Below the pieces are notes generated by a model that made no database searches, was not told where the DNA came from, and saw only the letters and a list, made by a program, of their open reading frames with translations. From NCBI GenBank assembly GCA_009602735.1, contig WELA01003352.1, positions 393,081-433,913 on the forward strand: a DNA stretch of 40,833 bases. The letters run 5' to 3'. Position numbers and translations under genes: made by a program. This document shows positions 35,101-40,833 of this stretch, one piece after another (positions within the stretch are counted from its first letter, which is position 1; each line of letters begins with the position of its first letter). The stretch comes from Mesotaenium endlicherianum. Taxonomy: Eukaryota.

Positions 35101-36817
35101 CTATCGATGGGTGGGGACATGAGATGGGACGTTGTCTGCTTCCTCCACAACCTCCACCTTGTACCCTTCAGGCACGTCCCAAGGCTTCCACTCTGCAGAC
35201 ATCAAGCCAACTTGTATTAGAACAATCAAGTATGCCTAGAATTCGAACTCCGGAGAGTACTCGCGTTTGCCCCAATGAACAGAACTGGAAAGTGATCACG
35301 ATATTCCATCATTCTAAGTGGCAGTGGCCTACTCACGATACTAAGAGCAGAAACCCTCACAGGATGCAGAGGAGAAGCATTAGACCTAAGCTGTACACCA
35401 AAAGCGTGGAAGGAAAGGGCTGCCAAAGCCAAAATCAAAAACTTATGGTAGCTAAAAGGACTGCCAGTTGGGAGGATGGTCCCATACTCAATCTGGGCTG
35501 TAAAAACTCATTCTAAGCTCATTTTACATAGTAATGAAATGTCATGTACACAGCACATTGTACTAACAGACGCACAAAAATAGAAACTATCTCGCATAGC
35601 CAAGAAACTGACAAATCCTAAGCCACTGTTGACCTTACTAACGTGGAGAGAGGGCACATATTGGAGGTGGGAGTTTGACGTGAACAATTTTCCCCGTGTT
35701 TGCCCCCTCCCCTCCCCCCCCACCAACTCATCATGGCTCATTGACCTAGGCTACATTTCCTTCAGCCAAGGTTTGACACAATTTACAAGCTGCATATGAG
35801 GTAATATCATTACACAACCCAGAGAACCAAATCTCTGAGACAAAAGATATGGCCAAGACTGCCATTAGGATTATGAGCAGTTAGTCCACCAACATATTCC
35901 ATTCCATACGACTTTGTGCATGCTCGGCCACGATAAATGGGGTGAAACTGGTCAGCTAAATTCAGCCTCAGTTAGTGCCTGCAAATCTGCTCTCCTGGTG
36001 GGGCAGCTCAAAAGTTCAAAAGGATGAACGAGCCAAAAGACACCTCTAGGTTGCTTCAATGCAACATGCACCCAAAGACGAAAAAGAAGATAGCCAACCC
36101 CGACTATTGAAGAAGAGAAGTTCCAGATTTGGAACTCCTATTATATATTGATAGATGAAGTCTGGGATGTAACTTCATACGGAGTACGCGACACCTTCGA
36201 AAGACTCCCTCCAAGCATAATCCTTTGAGGTCATTTTAAAATTGCTCTCTATGATCATACTCAGCATCAGGTGATGCCAGGCATCCGGTTTGTGTCTCTT
36301 AAAAACCTCATGAACTCATCATTGCCCCGTGAATGAAATCTTTCTCGGTTCTTTCAATGGGCTGATGATAGCCCGTCCCCAAACTCTCAACCTCTCATTA
36401 AATATGTTATGTACGAGTCAGCTTATGCCTGGTCATATTCAACGAAGATGAACAGCGATGCAGCATGGACGCCGATCAATGTATGGTATAAAAGGGAACT
36501 ATACCTGACATCTTGGGTATCAGCTCAAGCTCGTCTTTGGCTTGCACAATGAGCTCCTCCACCTGCCCGCAAGAAATCTTCTTTTCAATAGCATCCCACT
36601 CCTGTTCTTCCTCACAAACTTTCAGTCGATGCTGCGTCAGCTTCTCTACATTCTGACGGTAGACTGCTTCTTGAGGGATGACCTGAACTGCCTTCAGTGT
36701 ATCTCGGTACAGGCCAATGAGCACTTCCCTAGCATTAGTTACAACATCTATGCCCACGATACCTGTCGAGTCTTTAACCTTTGAGGAGAGAGGGCCTGCA
36801 AAACGTCTCAAAAACAT
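35101..36817 (-). CDS. NDUFA5: NADH:ubiquinone oxidoreductase subunit NDUFA5/B13, 134 aa (exons 36817-36505 and 35192-35101)
   Basis: KVKDSTGIVGIDVV..AREVLIGLY..YRQNVE..T.HRL..CGQVEELI.QAKDEL matches plant B13. A phase-1 intron (G|gtatag ... tgcag|AG) joins to EWKPWDVPEGY..VPSHVPTHR*. Confidence 0.95.
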
Positions 36818-37515
36818 GACTCAAGCCCTCTTTTTTTCTCACTTGACGATGGAAGGAAGCTTTCTTCGCGACAAGGATCAAATAAGAGATCCTTGAATCT
36901 AAACAGACGATAATCAAATATTTTGAGGTGAAAGTCTGCTCATTTATTGTAATAATTACGACCTTAAATGAATAGCCTGCCTTCCCTTTACGCCTGCAGA
37001 CACCTTTATTTGCCGTGCACGGATGGAGTGAAGAGCAGAAAGTTGCAAGCGCTCCGTGAGTCCCATTTAAAGGCATACTTTCTATGAATTAGGAAATTCG
37101 GTCTCTTGTTTTTTAAAGGTCTACATTTATATACATATTTTCCTCAAACACAAAGCAAATATAAAGTAAATGTTTGCTCAGCACTTATTGAGCCCGTGCA
37201 AGACAGTACACTTATGTAGAAATGACGACCATAAGCCACCATAAGAAACCATACGCCCACACGAGATCTGTACGACGGTATCCAAAATCATTAAAAAGAC
37301 CGACGCTTGTACGGAGGGACATCTTGCGCTCATCATATTGGCCTCTATTGGCGCCCCCATCCGGAACTTGGGCATCGCCCGCATGCTCCCGCCTGCCCAT
37401 ACTTACATGGTGGTGGGGCAGCCACAGAGATCGCAGTCGTAACAGAGACGCTCTCACGCGACTGCCGAGTACAAATTGGGAACATCCTCCTGAGAGTCGT
37501 TTAGAGCTAATCAGC

Positions 37516-37559
37516 AGTTGTGCTTTCTCGCCCACATTATAGTTGTGCTTTCTCGCCCA
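37516..37559 (+). repeat. 19-bp perfect direct repeat in the divergent intergenic region
   Basis: agttgtgctttctcgccca at 37516 and 37541. Confidence 0.8.
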
Positions 37560-38155
37560 TGTCTTCAAAGTTGGGAAAGCGTGGGTAGCTATATATGCCC
37601 CGGGGGCTATGTAGCCGTACCGGAACAAAGGAGTCGTCTTGCTGTCTTTAACTCACCCTTACTCGAGTGCATCTTCCGTGAATGCAGCCTGTACCGTACT
37701 GGCTTCCCTTCCTCACGACGCCTTCCTTGGTCCGTGAAGCTCTCAACTCCCCTTAGTGCTTCAATCCTGCCGGACTTATGCTTAAGGGGGCATAAGTTGA
37801 CTAAGTGCAGTTCAGTTTGACAAATTGCAGTTCATTTTGACGCTCTTGTGAGGTGGAAAAAGGGTGGCGACTGGGGCTTGGGCTGTAGAGTAGGCTAACA
37901 ACGCGAGAGAAATCGAGCAAGAGCGTCAGCACAATATAAAGACTCACGCCCCAGTAGGTTTTGACGCATGATCGTGAATTGACACTAGCCAATTGCTGAC
38001 CACAGCCCTCGTCCACCTGCACCACCGCAAGCACAGGTAGTTGATAAGGTTCAGTTTTTCGAATATTGAGCGAGTTCCTGACCAATGGAGGACGATATCT
38101 GACGGGGGATGTGGCCGGCTCTGGGAGAGCTATAAGTTGATTCCAAGTCAAGGTG

Positions 38156-39351
38156 ATGGCAGGTTCTCTCTTCGTGAACCCACTGCTTCCAGGGGTAGTT
38201 GGGTGTCGATCAAGCCTGGACCCAGTGGCAAGGGCCTTGGGTTGCTCTCATATACACTTCTCTAGTTTCCAACCAGCATCTCTGTGGTTGTCTCCTGGAC
38301 AGGGGGGCTCTTACAGCTGTGAGGGGGGGAATCACATATGCTCTGAGTGCTCCCTCTGTAGGATACGTGTAGGTGGCAGCAGGAGGTTATTTCTGGGCAG
38401 CAGCTGCAGCCGGCAGCGGCTGCGACTTGTCCACGCAGCGGGCGTCACGTCGTCGGCTGCGGCTCCGACGCATGTCATTGTCCAAGCAGTTGAAAATTCC
38501 GGCAGCGGCCGCCCCGCGGGTCAGCCTCTAGCGATCTCTACAAGTGCGACAGATGTGCCGCCCAAGCCCAAGCGGGCGGCCAGCACCAGGAGGAAGGCGC
38601 CAGCTGGGACAGGTGTCGCCACGCCGAGCGCGGCAGACGCGCAGCAGGCAGCCCCCCCCAAGGTCAAGGTGACGAGGCGTAGGAAGCCCGTCGAAAAGGC
38701 CCTGCCCCTTCCCTCGGCGGAGGCGGGGGAGCCCGGAGCAGGGGCGGGGACTGGGGCAGAGGCCGAGCAGGGGGGGATGGAAGCTGGCGCTGACGAGCAG
38801 CAGCTCCCAAAGAGCTTCACGCTCTCGGACCTCAACCTCATCCGTCAGCAGCTCGAGCAGAAGGCCAGCCGCAGCGCCATGCTCAGCGCCCTCTCCCCCC
38901 CCTCCCCCTCCTCCTCCCCCTCCTCAGCCGATGGCGACGCCGTCGCCGGAGGAGAGGGCGCGCCGTTTGACTACGAGGGCGGCGCCAGCAACGCAGAGGC
39001 GCTCGAGCGCTTCACCAAGCAGCGCGCCCGCGGCCAGCTCCTCCTCCAGGGCCGCGGCCTCGGCGGCCGCCCCGCCNCAGGGGAGGCCGGGGCGGGGACG
39101 GGGACGGGGGCGGGGGCAGGGGCGCCAGCGGAGCTGGCGAAGCCGATAAGCTACGCAGTGGACCCGACGACGCTGAAGGCAGAGGAGTACGTGGTGCACA
39201 AGAAGTACGGCATCGGGCGCTTCAAGGTGATGAAGCCCGAGTGGGTGGAGGCGAAGCAGCGCCACGTCATGTACGTGTACATCAAGTACGCCGACGAGGT
39301 GGCCAAGCTGCCCGCCAGCCAGGCCAGCCAGCTGCTCTACCGCTACCGCCA
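38156..39351 (+). CDS. First coding exon of a plastid-targeted TRCF/Mfd-like helicase (At3g02060-like, CarD/RID domain); the gene probably continues beyond the window
   Basis: SYAVDPTTLKAEEYVVHKKYGIGRF...YVYIKYADEVAKLPASQASQLLYRY matches the recalled CarD-like/TRCF domain of plant plastid Mfd homologues. Ser/Arg-rich transit-peptide-like N-terminus. Probable donor CA|gtacgc followed by a pyrimidine-rich intron. Confidence 0.85.
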
Positions 39352-40833
39352 GTACGCGCGCGCCCTCCCTCGCTCCCTCCCCTCCCCTCTCCCTCTTCAC
39401 CCGCCCTCCATCTCCCTCTCGTCCTCCTTCCCTCTCTCTCCCCTCTCTCTCTCCCTCTCGCGCCCACCCCAGCCCCTGACACCCGTGCCCTCTCCCCCTC
39501 TCCTTGGCCTTCACTCCGGCTCCTCTCCCCTCCACCGCCCTTCCATGCCTCGATCCTCCCACCACTCTTCCCCTGGGACCCCCCTTAGCCCCAGACCCTT
39601 CCACCCCCCCAAGCCTCCTCCTTACCCCTTACCCCCCCCCAGGCACCCCTTTAGTAGCTCTTTCCGGCTTTCCTCCGTCACTCGTCCTTTCTCTTTCCCC
39701 TCCCTCCCAAGCTGTTTCCACCTTCACTTCCCTCTGCCTCTCTCCCTGCAGCCCTGATCCCCTCCTGACACCTTCCCCGATCCCCATGCTCGCCCCTCCT
39801 GGCACTCACTTGTCCCCCAAAAACCCCCCCTTTGTCCCCCTTATGCCCCTCCTTCGCCCTTAGCCTGCAGCTTGCGCCCCCCCTGCCAGGACGCTCGCGG
39901 TGAGCCGGGTTTCCTCGTGGGCGGGGGGCGCTGGGGGGGGGCGCTCACGTGAGGGCGCTGTGGAGTTTGGGCGTTGTCTCGTATGTGCCACCTGGCCTAC
40001 ATGTTTGTCGCCCTCTCTGGTGCTGTTGGACTGCGGAGTTGGCTGGAGATCTGTCAGGAGAAGGGCTGGGAGGGGCACACCAGGGAGGGGGGGGNNNNNN
40101 NNNNNNNNNNNNNNNNNNNNNNNNNNNNNNNGGGGGGGGGGGGGGGGGAGGAGAGGGAAACGTACCAATTGCGCCTTCTTCTCCTTCTTCTTGCATTCTT
40201 TCTTTCTTCTTTTATTGTGTCTTCCTTTGTTTTGGGGAGGAGTGCGGCACATTGGTTGCAGCCGGGTGTGCTTAAGCTACGACCATTTTGCTGGCACTGC
40301 CTCTCTACACACTCACTCTCTCTCATACACACTGTACAAAGCACGCGCGCGCACACACACACACATGCACACGCAGACACACGCGCTTGCACGCAGGCAC
40401 GCACGCGCGCATGCTCGTGTACTGCTATAGTGTGCATGTGCCTCAGAAGCAGATGTTCACGATCAGAGCAGCGGCCGTGGTTACGTCGAGCGTTGGCCAG
40501 CTGGCAGGCCAGGCCGAGCTCCCTACCCTAGCGTGAGAGCTGAGCTGAAAGTCTGATTGGGTGTTATTCCAAGTCAACAGGGGGGAGAGTGCTTGGGATC
40601 ATTCCTGTCAGCCCCTTCCTGTTCCTGATTGGTGTTGTCCGCCAATCGAGAGAGAGAGAAAGAGGATGCTGATGATTTGAGGCCCGGAGGAGCCAGCCCT
40701 TGCCCCGGCGGTGAAGGGCAGCCAGCATCAGTCCGTTCTCTCTCTGAGGGACACCTGGCGCCCTTGCAGGCAAGGTTGCCTGTGAACAGGGAGCTGGAGA
40801 TGAGAAGCGGGAGGGAGGCCCCCTCGGGGGGGG

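Noticed and set aside
35235..35260. B-box-like GTTCGAATTC (minus) suggesting a tRNA or SINE
   Set aside because: No cloverleaf, A box or acceptor stem could be built.
34806..35516. 236-aa plus-strand ORF
   Set aside because: Antisense to NDUFA5 exon 2 and its intron, GTG start, no domain features.
37399..37410. ATACTTACATGG resembling the U1 snRNA 5' end
   Set aside because: No U1 body or Sm site follows; better explained as the complement of a GTAAGT donor.
39352..39757. Pro/Ser-rich C-terminal part of the 534-aa ORF
   Set aside because: Read-through into a pyrimidine-rich intron after the probable donor at 39352.

Overview
Eukaryotic nuclear DNA, most likely from a green or streptophyte alga. 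The evidence is spliceosomal introns, a plant-type NDUFA5, a plastid-type TRCF/Mfd-like helicase, GT/CA microsatellites and two N-gaps at poly-G/C runs. Left to right: (1) the last four exons of a type II pantothenate kinase; (2) a decayed one-exon-plus-intron copy of the methyltransferase-like gene found 25 kb downstream; (3) two complete, nearly identical 6.7-kb Ty3/gypsy chromovirus LTR retrotransposons inserted head-to-head 788 bp apart, each with its own 5-bp target-site duplication (TSD), forming a 14.1-kb inverted repeat; (4) an F-box/LRR gene with one in-frame TAG; (5) an 8-exon orphan class I SAM-methyltransferase-like gene that the ORF track only shows in fragments, with its SAM motif I split by an intron; (6) a 192-bp tandem duplication; (7) NDUFA5; and (8) the divergently transcribed first exon of the TRCF/Mfd-like helicase. 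I cannot demonstrate a new biological system from sequence alone. The best leads are the head-to-head retroelement pair with its anomalous LTR divergence, a 43-bp block/spacer array before the polypurine tract, the orphan methyltransferase-like protein and its relic copy, and a motif shared at almost the same distance upstream of two unrelated genes. All exon models, family assignments and difference counts were made by eye and from memory, with no database search.
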